A program made the position numbers and the translations under genes. From an uncultured bacterium (GTDB lineage: Bacteria > Zixibacteria > MSB-5A5 > GN15 > FEB-12), in contig CBDVDR010000001.1 of NCBI GenBank assembly GCA_965372795.1, forward strand, positions 224,001 through 288,000: a DNA stretch of 64,000 nucleotides. The letters run 5' to 3'. Below the pieces are notes generated by a model. It made no database searches and had not been told where the DNA came from. It saw only the letters and a list, made by a program, of their open reading frames with translations. This document shows, piece by piece, positions 48,772 through 57,423 of this stretch. Positions within the stretch are counted from its first letter, which is position 1; each line of letters opens with the position of its first letter.

Positions 48772-50145
48772 ATGACTGTTAAACAGTTCCAATATGAACC
48801 AGAGCAATCCGAAATTGCTTCTTCACATCCCAAAAACAACCGGTTTCCAATTGAAACAAAACACCTCAAAGAAAACACTTCATTTATTGAACCGATGTTA
48901 TTTGGGCTGTTGGTGAGAGGTTGGTTAAGTGATCGATCCAAAGAATTTATAGATCGCTTGGCTCCTGAGAATTCTATCTCTTTTATTATTTCCGGAGATA
49001 AATATCTCGCCCCGGAGGATGTTACCCTTTTCCCGCATGAGTTGATTGAAACTGCGATCAATGAAAACACTTCGGCTGTATTTTCACACATCTTCAGACC
49101 ACGATCCAATTTTACTCATAATTACATGATTACAACTGCTACCATAAATCCCGGTGACAAACATCCCGTTGTTTTTGGTATTTTAGGTCCCGACGATGTT
49201 CTTTCCAATCCTTTGCAACAGGAAAGATTCCAGGGATATGTTGCAAAATTCCGTACAGCTTACCAATCCGCAAAAAAAATGGCTGAAAAATTGGATGAAC
49301 ATATCAATTCAACCAAACCTACAATACTGGTTAACCGTAGTTCCGGTCGGGTTCTTTATGTAAACTCTTCCCTTGAACAAATAGTTAGCATGAATTTACG
49401 TGAATTGGTACATCTTGAGTTCAACCAGATTAAAGAGCTCTTCCCCGATCCGACTCTTTTTGGCAAACTAATTCTACAAAACTATTCCTCAGATAATTTT
49501 CAAATTTCTGTGATGTCATTTAACAAAGAAACTCTTAAATCACCTTCCCCAAATAGCCCAACCAGATTTCTGCTTGATAAAATATCCATGGGAGTTTCAA
49601 ATATTTCCAAAACGGGTTTCATCCTTGAGAAAAACCTGTCGGAGTTTGATAATGAATCAACAAATCACCTGGCAGCCGCAATTAACAATCAGACAAAAAA
49701 TCTTCAACCGGTTATTCAAATGCTCGATGACATCATCGAACGTAAACCTTCGCAAAAAAGAATCAATCTTTTGTATGAACTTGACAAAGCTATTCAGCAA
49801 AAAGGCGATGATTATGCTATCCAACTCCATTCAAAAGTAAACAACTTATATCTTAAGGCAGACCTGACTGCGTATAGAATTATTTTTTCAGCGGTCCTGA
49901 ATTCACATCTTAAAGGGAAAGAAACCCCCTCATCAACGACTATCACGGTTGATAAAACAAATTTCCTAAGTGAATTTAATATCCATTTCAATTCCTCGTT
50001 TAAAGAAGTCAATGATGGTCTGGAATTATCAGACTGGAATGAATTTGCACATCAGATATGTCGAGAAAATAAAGTGATTTTAAAAAATATGATTAATAAA
50101 AAAACAAATAAACTTGTCACCACCCTAACAATTAAGACTGATTGA
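48772..50145 (+). CDS. Hypothetical protein, possibly PAS plus degenerate histidine-kinase-like fold
   Basis: PTILVNRSSGRVLYVNSSLEQI is PAS-like; later HisKA/HATPase-like spacing without H, N or G boxes; coupled to the NtrC-like gene. Confidence 0.5.
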   Translation: MTVKQFQYEPEQSEIASSHPKNNRFPIETKHLKENTSFIEPMLFGLLVRGWLSDRSKEFIDRLAPENSISFIISGDKYLAPEDVTLFPHELIETAINENTSAVFSHIFRPRSNFTHNYMITTATINPGDKHPVVFGILGPDDVLSNPLQQERFQGYVAKFRTAYQSAKKMAEKLDEHINSTKPTILVNRSSGRVLYVNSSLEQIVSMNLRELVHLEFNQIKELFPDPTLFGKLILQNYSSDNFQISVMSFNKETLKSPSPNSPTRFLLDKISMGVSNISKTGFILEKNLSEFDNESTNHLAAAINNQTKNLQPVIQMLDDIIERKPSQKRINLLYELDKAIQQKGDDYAIQLHSKVNNLYLKADLTAYRIIFSAVLNSHLKGKETPSSTTITVDKTNFLSEFNIHFNSSFKEVNDGLELSDWNEFAHQICRENKVILKNMINKKTNKLVTTLTIKTD

Positions 50146-51599
50146 AAGAAAATATGCTCTTAGATACAACCACAAAAACCACATCTATATTAATAGTTGA
50201 AAATCCAGCCGACCAAAATACCAGCATCCTTGCTCAACTGCGTGGCTCTGATTACCGCTTGATGAGAACTGACTCAATGGAGTCGGTTGTAAGTGTGCTG
50301 GAAAATGAAGAAGTTGAAATGTTAATCTGCAATCTTTCAAACTTTGATGAAAATAGCTGGTCAACTCTTGACCGCGCCAAAAGAAAACACCCTCTGGTAG
50401 ATTTTATCATTATTTCTGAAAATTCAATTGAATGGGATAAGAATAGCCGGTTAAATGAAGAAGGCGAATTTTTAAGCTCTCCAATTTCAACAAATCAGCT
50501 GTTGGCTACAATTAAAAGAATCGCACGACATCAAAATGTCAGAATGGAATTATTAAATCTTAGAGGCAGAATGGCAATGTCTTATGGGTTTGATAATATT
50601 ATTGGCATCTCCAAACCGATTTCTGACCTTAAAGAAACAGTAAACAAAATTTCACCTACGGATATAAATGTTTATCTCATTGGTGAATCAGGTACCGGTA
50701 AAAAACAACTGGCGCATACAATTCATTATCATTCAAAACGTAGAATGAACTCCTTTGTAATGGTCGATTGCTCGATTATACCGGAATACCTGCATGAAAA
50801 TGAAATATTCGGAACTTATTCCGTAGCCAATCAACTGGCTAACTCAAATAGACTGAATCTAACATCGTCAAATATTAATTCTCCCTTTCAACAATCAGCT
50901 CTTGAAAAAGCTAACGGTGGAACTCTTTTTATAAATGAAATCCACCGCCTCACCCTTCCCTGCCAGGGAAAACTTATAAAATTCCTCCAGACATTTGAAA
51001 TTACCGGGTCCACCCACCAAACTTCATTCAAAGCCGATATTAGAGTAATTGCATCAACCGGAACTGATATTGAAAGTTTAGTTGAGCAGGGATTGTTTTT
51101 AAAAGAGTTACACTACTTATGCAATGTTTTTCCAATTGAAATGCCAACCCTTTCTGAGTGCAGTGAAGATATTGAACTTCTGGTAGATTATTTTCTGCGA
51201 AGAATCTCATTTGAAATGCAAACCGGTTCTGTGACAATCTCAAGACGGGCAATGGAAAAACTTCATAATTATAACTGGCCCGGAAATGTCAGAGAACTTG
51301 AAAATACCCTCCAGCGCTCTGCCGCTCTTTGCCGGGAGAACTTAATTGAAGCTGAGGATATCCGATTTATTTCATCCTCGTTCACTAAACCCAAAAGACT
51401 AAAAGCTAATAATGAAACTAAAACGATAAGTAAAACATCGTTAGCTGATAATCAAAAAACCATTATCAAGAAAGTTCTCGAAGAGAATCAATGGAATTTC
51501 ACTCAATCAGCCCAGGAATTAGGCATTGGACGAACCACGCTCTGGCGCAAAGTAAAAAAATACCAATTAAAGCGTCCGCCGGAAACCACTGAGGAATAA
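50142..51599 (+). CDS. NtrC-like REC-AAA-HTH regulator, degenerate (no GAFTGA)
   Basis: GESGTGK, WPGNVRELEN and Fis-type HTH AQELGIGRTTLWRK motifs. Confidence 0.88.
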   Translation: MKENMLLDTTTKTTSILIVENPADQNTSILAQLRGSDYRLMRTDSMESVVSVLENEEVEMLICNLSNFDENSWSTLDRAKRKHPLVDFIIISENSIEWDKNSRLNEEGEFLSSPISTNQLLATIKRIARHQNVRMELLNLRGRMAMSYGFDNIIGISKPISDLKETVNKISPTDINVYLIGESGTGKKQLAHTIHYHSKRRMNSFVMVDCSIIPEYLHENEIFGTYSVANQLANSNRLNLTSSNINSPFQQSALEKANGGTLFINEIHRLTLPCQGKLIKFLQTFEITGSTHQTSFKADIRVIASTGTDIESLVEQGLFLKELHYLCNVFPIEMPTLSECSEDIELLVDYFLRRISFEMQTGSVTISRRAMEKLHNYNWPGNVRELENTLQRSAALCRENLIEAEDIRFISSSFTKPKRLKANNETKTISKTSLADNQKTIIKKVLEENQWNFTQSAQELGIGRTTLWRKVKKYQLKRPPETTEE

Positions 51600-51647
51600 T
51601 TACGTATAAATAATTAAGAAGACTGACTTTAATGAAGGACTAACAAA

Positions 51648-52088
51648 TTGACTGAGTTATTTGCAACTTACCTTGAAGCTATAAAAGAAAAACTCGATTT
51701 TGATAAATGTGTATTGATTGTTCGAAAAAACGGGAATCTGGCTGCAATCGCCACCTGGGATAACAATATTTTCCATGAAGGCTTATCAATCTCACTTCCC
51801 AATGATAATTCATTTTTCCAAAATATCGTAAATAGTAAAAAAAACTATATCAGCAATGATTGCTCAACTTTTGAAGGAAACTTCTTTGAAAGAAAACTTT
51901 TACTAAACGATAATTCACAATCCTGTATGATTCAACTTCTGGATTCTGATAATGAAGTTGTTGGCTTGATCGGCTACAGTTCATCATGCAAAAATGCCTT
52001 TGATAATGATTCTATAAATTATGTTCTGAGCCTTGGTAATGAATTTATTCAAAAAGTAGAAACCATGCTCGAAAAGACTGCGGTATAA
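51648..52088 (+). CDS. Stand-alone GAF-like domain protein
   Basis: SQSCMIQLL...VVGLIGYSS...NAFD GAF-like pattern. Confidence 0.55.
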   Translation: MTELFATYLEAIKEKLDFDKCVLIVRKNGNLAAIATWDNNIFHEGLSISLPNDNSFFQNIVNSKKNYISNDCSTFEGNFFERKLLLNDNSQSCMIQLLDSDNEVVGLIGYSSSCKNAFDNDSINYVLSLGNEFIQKVETMLEKTAV

Positions 52089-53078
52089 CTATTTATCGCT
52101 ACTGCGAATTCTTTTAATAGCACGATTATGTTCAGCATTAGACTTGGAAAAATAATGCCCGCCCGTATTATCAGCTACAAAATATAAAAAGTCGGTCTTT
52201 TCAGGTGAGATTGCCGCTTTGATTGACTTCTCCCCCGGTGAATTTATCGGTGTGGGCGGTAATCCTTTTCTCATATAAGTATTATACGGCGAGTCTTTTC
52301 TTAAATCTTTTTTCCATAATGGTCGATCCAAACCCCCTAAACCATAAATAACCGTCGGGTCTGCATCAAGTCTCATATTTCGATTTAACCGGTTATGATA
52401 GACTGATGAAACTCGGCTGTGTTCGCTATTTAATCGAGTTTCAGCTTCAATGATAGATGCCATTATTATAACCTCTTCCCGACTAAGATTATTCGGAATG
52501 TCCTTTTGCCAAATTGTATCAGTAACGGTATAAAACATTGTTATCATATCACTCAACACATCCTCAACCGAAGCCCCATAAGGGAAAAAATAAGTTTCCG
52601 GATACAGATACCCCTCAAGCGAAGGAATTTTCTTACTTTTTAAAAAAGCGGCTTTGACATTGAGGGCAACAATTTGCGCCGAATCAAAACCCATTTTCTC
52701 CTGCAATATTGCAGCTGTCCCCCAGATAGGCATTCCTTCCGGGATTGTAACTTTAATTTTGAGAAATTCTGCCTTCTCAAGTTTACTTAAAACTGATTTA
52801 CATGAATTTTTACCGGTAAATGGATAACGTCCCGGAGTAAGCTTTTTGTCGACACCATTCAAACGAGCAAAAATTTTTATCACCAATTTTGACCCGATCA
52901 CTTTTTTTTCAGCTAAGATATTAGCAATGCGATTAAAATTATCGCCCTGCTTAATATCAATATGAACAACCCGATCCGAAATATCATAATCCTGATTATA
53001 AGCCATGAACCCATACCCGACTAAAATTACAATCAATATTACAATACCGCTTATTATTTTTTTTAAATTACTGCTCAT
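52089..53078 (-). CDS. mltG: Endolytic transglycosylase MltG
   Basis: TIPEG, LEGYLYPETY, ASIIEAE, SPYNTY and GLPPTPI motifs. Confidence 0.96.
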   Translation of the reverse strand: MSSNLKKIISGIVILIVILVGYGFMAYNQDYDISDRVVHIDIKQGDNFNRIANILAEKKVIGSKLVIKIFARLNGVDKKLTPGRYPFTGKNSCKSVLSKLEKAEFLKIKVTIPEGMPIWGTAAILQEKMGFDSAQIVALNVKAAFLKSKKIPSLEGYLYPETYFFPYGASVEDVLSDMITMFYTVTDTIWQKDIPNNLSREEVIIMASIIEAETRLNSEHSRVSSVYHNRLNRNMRLDADPTVIYGLGGLDRPLWKKDLRKDSPYNTYMRKGLPPTPINSPGEKSIKAAISPEKTDFLYFVADNTGGHYFSKSNAEHNRAIKRIRSSDK

Positions 53079-53510
53079 TTATCTTACCAGTTCATCGAGG
53101 AATCTCTGAAGAATAATCACTGCTGCTAAACGGTCGAGACGCTTTTTATCCTGCCCGACTTTTTTACCATGAGCATGAATAATTCCCATCGCTTCCTTGG
53201 TTGAATACCTTTCATCACTTTTATGAATCGGTCCATCGAATATTTCATGAAGTTTTAAAACAAATTCATCTATCTCAACACATTTTTTACTTTTCTCTCC
53301 GGAACTATGAAGCGGGTAACCAATAACCAAGCCATTCGGCTCGTATTCTTTTATTATTTTTTCGATTTTCTCTAAGGCTTCTTTTTGGGATTTAATTTCA
53401 AGGGTCTTTAAGGCTGAGGCAATCAAACCGGTCGGATCACTTTTGGCAATCCCGATTCTACGCTCGCCATAATCAATCCCAATAAATGTTTTATCATATT
53501 CAATAGTCAT
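53079..53510 (-). CDS. ruvX: YqgF/RuvX pre-16S rRNA nuclease
   Basis: GIDYGERRIGIA.SD, DERYST and AAVIILQ motifs. Confidence 0.95.
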   Translation of the reverse strand: MTIEYDKTFIGIDYGERRIGIAKSDPTGLIASALKTLEIKSQKEALEKIEKIIKEYEPNGLVIGYPLHSSGEKSKKCVEIDEFVLKLHEIFDGPIHKSDERYSTKEAMGIIHAHGKKVGQDKKRLDRLAAVIILQRFLDELVR

Positions 53511-53623
53511 AATTTTATTATATTTACATAATTTTTATATTCAACTAATAATTGATATATTTGGTTTCTTGAAAATACAAATATAAGAGGCAAAGCCAAA
53601 AAGACTGACTATGTCAGTGCCTG

Positions 53624-54895
53624 TTAAGTTTTGCGCTCTTTTTTCTTTGCTGCCGGAAATAGGACATTGTTAAGAATCAAACGATACCCGGGTGAGTTTT
53701 TGTGAAGCGACAGATCGGTTGGCGGATCGTGTACCATATGCTGATAATCTTCAGGGTCATGTCCTGACAAAAATGTAAATGTCCCCCGCCCCAGATTGCC
53801 ATGGATATACCGCACCTCGTCAAAATTATCAGGCTGCCCCAAAACAGTCACAAATTTCTTGAGCAAAGATTTCCTGAACCCCGTATTCTGCCCCATAAAC
53901 CCTTCGACTACGTTAACATGATTCTGTGATAACATCGTCGGGACCGGGTCAAGTTTCGCGGCAAAATCAAACAGATAGAAAAAATCATCTTTTTGAGACA
54001 AAAACCTAATCATCCGGTCAGGATAGGTGTCAATATTACTATGTCTGTAAACCAGCGGGTCTATTGATAATTTAAAATTTTCAAAGGCGAAGGTCTTGCT
54101 GTAATCAAGTTTCTCCTGTGCCCCGGGATCAATCGGATCTCCGTCAAACTCGCGCGGTACTATATCAATTCCCTCGGCGGCAAGAGCGATATCAAATGTT
54201 TCCGGAGCTGAACACATCGAAAATATAAACCCGCCCCGACGTACATAATCATAAATCGTGCGCGCTACATCATATTTCATCTTCGAAACTTTGCTGTACC
54301 CGAGCTTTTTTGCCATCGTCTCATTTGTAGTCACATCAGCCTGATACCAGAGTTGATTTCTAAACGAGGCGTAAAATTTCCCATACTGCCCGGTGAAATC
54401 CTCATGATGACAATGAAGCCAGTCATATTCATCCAAAGCACTCGACAACACATCCTCATCCCAGATCAGTTCATATTTTATTTCAGCGTAGGTCAACGCC
54501 AGCGTCACCGCATCATCCCACGGTTGACTCGATGTCGGCGAATAAACGGCAATATTCGGAGCCTTCTCAAGCTCGACCCGTTCCATATTCTCAACTTCAA
54601 TCCGCCTGAAAATATCAGCCACCTGTCCCGAACTTGCCCGCTCATAAGACACTCCCATAAGCAGACACAGATTGAGAATTTCATCATTATAATCAATCAG
54701 AAACGATCCGCCCTGATAGTTCAAAAGCCACTGAGCTTTATAACCTAAATCAAGGGCTTTAAAAATTACACCATAAGCTTTTAAATGATCGGTTTGTGAT
54801 TCATCCATCGGAATCAGAAGCGAGACCGACATAACCGGGGTAACTAAAATGAGAACTGCTATTAGAACTGTAAAAACAAATTTTTTCATATTCAT
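53624..54895 (-). CDS. Conserved secreted protein of unknown function (class I GATase-like fold suspected)
   Basis: Signal peptide; HLKAYG, WDDAVT, DWLHCHHEDFTGQ, GGFIFSMCSA and GHDPEDYQH motifs. Confidence 0.7.
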   Translation of the reverse strand: MNMKKFVFTVLIAVLILVTPVMSVSLLIPMDESQTDHLKAYGVIFKALDLGYKAQWLLNYQGGSFLIDYNDEILNLCLLMGVSYERASSGQVADIFRRIEVENMERVELEKAPNIAVYSPTSSQPWDDAVTLALTYAEIKYELIWDEDVLSSALDEYDWLHCHHEDFTGQYGKFYASFRNQLWYQADVTTNETMAKKLGYSKVSKMKYDVARTIYDYVRRGGFIFSMCSAPETFDIALAAEGIDIVPREFDGDPIDPGAQEKLDYSKTFAFENFKLSIDPLVYRHSNIDTYPDRMIRFLSQKDDFFYLFDFAAKLDPVPTMLSQNHVNVVEGFMGQNTGFRKSLLKKFVTVLGQPDNFDEVRYIHGNLGRGTFTFLSGHDPEDYQHMVHDPPTDLSLHKNSPGYRLILNNVLFPAAKKKERKT

Positions 54896-54962
54896 AATGT
54901 ATAAATTATCGGCATTTACTCAACTAATGATTGTACCCGGGAAACCGGACTTTGTTGCAAAA

Positions 54963-56762
54963 TCAATCAAGTTTTAATGCGGCTAAAAACGCTTCCTGAG
55001 GAATCTCTACGGTGCCAAACTGTTTCATCCGCTTTTTACCCTCTTTTTGTTTCTCAAGAAGTTTCCGCTTACGGGTTATGTCACCACCATAACATTTTGA
55101 CAAAACCTGTTTACGCAGTGGCTTCACAGTTGCCCGACTAATAACTTTATTTCCAATCGTAGCCTGAATTATAACTTCAAACATCTGTCGTGGAATCAGA
55201 GTACGAAGTTTCTCGTTCAGCTTTTTCCCCCACAGATAAGCTTTATCCCGGTGAATTATCGAAGAAAGCGCATCTACCGTATCTGCATTCAAATTTATAT
55301 CAAGTTTCACCAGATTAGAACGAATATAATAAGGGACCCCATAATCAAAAGAGGCATACCCCCGGGTTGATGATTTTAAAATATCATAAAAATCAAAAAT
55401 AATTTCTGACAATGGAAACGCATAATTCAAAGTCGCCCGTGTTGGCGAAAGGTAATCCGTTGTTTTGTAAATTCCCCGTCTGTCGATGGCAAGTTTCATA
55501 ATCGTACCGACATATTCCGAGGGTACAATTACCTGTGCATCCACAAATGGTTCTTCAATATGGTCAATATCAGTCGTTTCCGGCATATGTGACGGATTCG
55601 AAATTGATTTCATCTCACCGTTATTCATATAAACATTGTACTCAACCGTTGGAACCGTATTAATAATTGTCTGATTATATTCCCGCTCCAACCGTTCAGT
55701 GATAATCTCCATATGAAGCAGTCCCAAAAATCCCGCTCGAAAACCGAACCCAAGGGCTGTTGAACTTTCAGGTACAAACACCAGCGAGGAATCATTAAGC
55801 GCAAGTTTATCCAGTGAGTCCCGAAGCTGATTAAAATCTTCCGCAACCGCCGGATACAATCCCGCATAAACCATCGGCTTGACATTGACAAAGCCCTCAA
55901 GTGGTTCCGTTGCCGGATTATCCGTTGTGGTAAGGGTATCACCGATTTTGGTATCGCCAACTTCTTTAATCGAGGCAAACAAATACCCGACATCACCCGC
56001 AGAAATCGATTTCATCGGCATTGCTTCGAGTCTCATATAACCGACTTCATCAACCTCATAAGATATATCGGTTGAGAAAAATTTAACGCTGTCCCCTTTA
56101 CGAATCGTTCCGTTGACGACTCTTATAAACGGCATCGCCCCGCGGTAGGTGTCAAACACCGAATCAAAAACCATTGCCTGTACCGGAGCCTCAGGATCGC
56201 CAACCGGAGGTTTGAAAACTTTTATAATCTCTTCCAATAGTTTTTCAATTCCGATTCCTGCTTTGGCTGAACAACGGATAATATCTTCCGGTTTACATCC
56301 TAAAAGCTCAACCAGTTCTTTTTCAACTTTCTCAGGATCAGCATGAGGTAAATCAATTTTATTCAGTACCGGTAAAATTTCGAGATTATTTTCCATTGCC
56401 AGATACAAATTTGAAAGGGTCTGTGCTTCGATTCCCTGAGAGGAATCAACAACCAATATCGCCCCTTCACAGGCCGACAGCGACCGACTGACTTCATAGG
56501 TAAAATCGACATGCCCCGGCGTATCAATCAGATTCAGATCGTATTCTTTACCATCTTTGGCTTTATAATTGAGTTTGATAGCATGGGCTTTAATTGTAAT
56601 GCCGCGTTCCCGTTCAAGGTCCATTGAATCGAGCACCTGGGATTTCATCTGCCGATCAGTGAGTGTTTGCGTAAACTGGAGCAACCGATCTGCAAGGGTT
56701 GATTTCCCATGATCAATATGGGCAATTATGGAAAAATTTCTTATACTTTCAATCTTCTTCAT
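54963..56762 (-). CDS. lepA: Elongation factor 4
   Basis: [22 protein letters not shown] and [18 protein letters not shown] motifs. Confidence 0.99.
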   Translation of the reverse strand: MKKIESIRNFSIIAHIDHGKSTLADRLLQFTQTLTDRQMKSQVLDSMDLERERGITIKAHAIKLNYKAKDGKEYDLNLIDTPGHVDFTYEVSRSLSACEGAILVVDSSQGIEAQTLSNLYLAMENNLEILPVLNKIDLPHADPEKVEKELVELLGCKPEDIIRCSAKAGIGIEKLLEEIIKVFKPPVGDPEAPVQAMVFDSVFDTYRGAMPFIRVVNGTIRKGDSVKFFSTDISYEVDEVGYMRLEAMPMKSISAGDVGYLFASIKEVGDTKIGDTLTTTDNPATEPLEGFVNVKPMVYAGLYPAVAEDFNQLRDSLDKLALNDSSLVFVPESSTALGFGFRAGFLGLLHMEIITERLEREYNQTIINTVPTVEYNVYMNNGEMKSISNPSHMPETTDIDHIEEPFVDAQVIVPSEYVGTIMKLAIDRRGIYKTTDYLSPTRATLNYAFPLSEIIFDFYDILKSSTRGYASFDYGVPYYIRSNLVKLDINLNADTVDALSSIIHRDKAYLWGKKLNEKLRTLIPRQMFEVIIQATIGNKVISRATVKPLRKQVLSKCYGGDITRKRKLLEKQKEGKKRMKQFGTVEIPQEAFLAALKLD

Positions 56763-56822
56763 ATTCTCACTTTGTCAGAGCCAAATTATAATAACTTCTA
56801 ACTCTTATTATCTTCAAATTGA

Positions 56823-56850
56823 GTAGGTCGAAACCCCTGTGGTTTCGACA
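56823..56850 (+). repeat. GTAG-tagged REP-like hairpin
   Basis: GTAG-GTCGAAACC-CCTGT-GGTTTCGAC; near-identical inverted copy at 60340-60366. Confidence 0.8.
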
Positions 56851-56879
56851 ACTTTTATCGTAACAGCCATCATATAATC

Positions 56880-56944
56880 AAAAAACCCCAACAGACATTC
56901 TGCTGGGTTATTAAAATATCGACACCAAACAGTTTCTTCAGAGC
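56880..56944 (-). ncRNA. Candidate small RNA or attenuated leader, about 65 nt
   Basis: Bracketed by promoter 56950-56978 and a CCCAGCAGA-ATG-TCTGTTGGG hairpin plus U6; no ORF. Confidence 0.45.
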
Positions 56945-56949
56945 CGCCT

Positions 56950-56978
56950 AAGATAGGTTATTTATGCCCAAATGTCAA
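56950..56978 (-). promoter_or_regulatory. Sigma-70 promoter
   Basis: TTGACA-17-TATCTT. Confidence 0.65.
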
Positions 56979-57076
56979 TTTATACAAATCGAGGGGGAAA
57001 TGGGCTATAAACAGACAAAAACGACATGCTATTACTATAGTGTTAGCTACATCAGAGTATATCTGATTAATTAAAT

Positions 57077-57252
57077 CACACGAAGTGTGTCATTCCTGCG
57101 AAAGCAGGAATCCAGTATTTTTCTTGAAGTAGGTCGGGTTCTGACTTAAAGGAAAAACCCGACAATTTCTTCGTAGGGTTCAGGCATGCCTGAACCACTA
57201 CATGATAAACCTTCCCCCGTAGGTCAGGTCTCTCTTCTCTTGGAGACCTGAT
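57077..57252 (+). repeat. Tandem cluster of REP-like hairpins upstream of the Roco gene
   Basis: CACACGAAGTGTG 57077-57089; TGTC-ATTCCTGC-GAAA-GCAGGAAT 57088-57111; GTAG hairpins at 57129-57163, 57173-57201 and 57219-57252. Confidence 0.8.
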
Positions 57253-57423
57253 CTGTTATCTGTAATTTTCAAAATAAAACTCTTTTTTAAAAATCTCCCC
57301 TTCCAACCATTTTCCACTACCCAAAATGGAATGCGATATGTATATTCAAACATTACGCATATTATATATTAATGATGATATCGTCAATATTCTGACGCAG
57401 AAAATATTTGAAAGGGGCTGACC

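Noticed and set aside
56905..56942. Hammerhead ribozyme suggested by CUGAAGA in the candidate sRNA
   Set aside because: No convincing stem II or GAAA core in the right position
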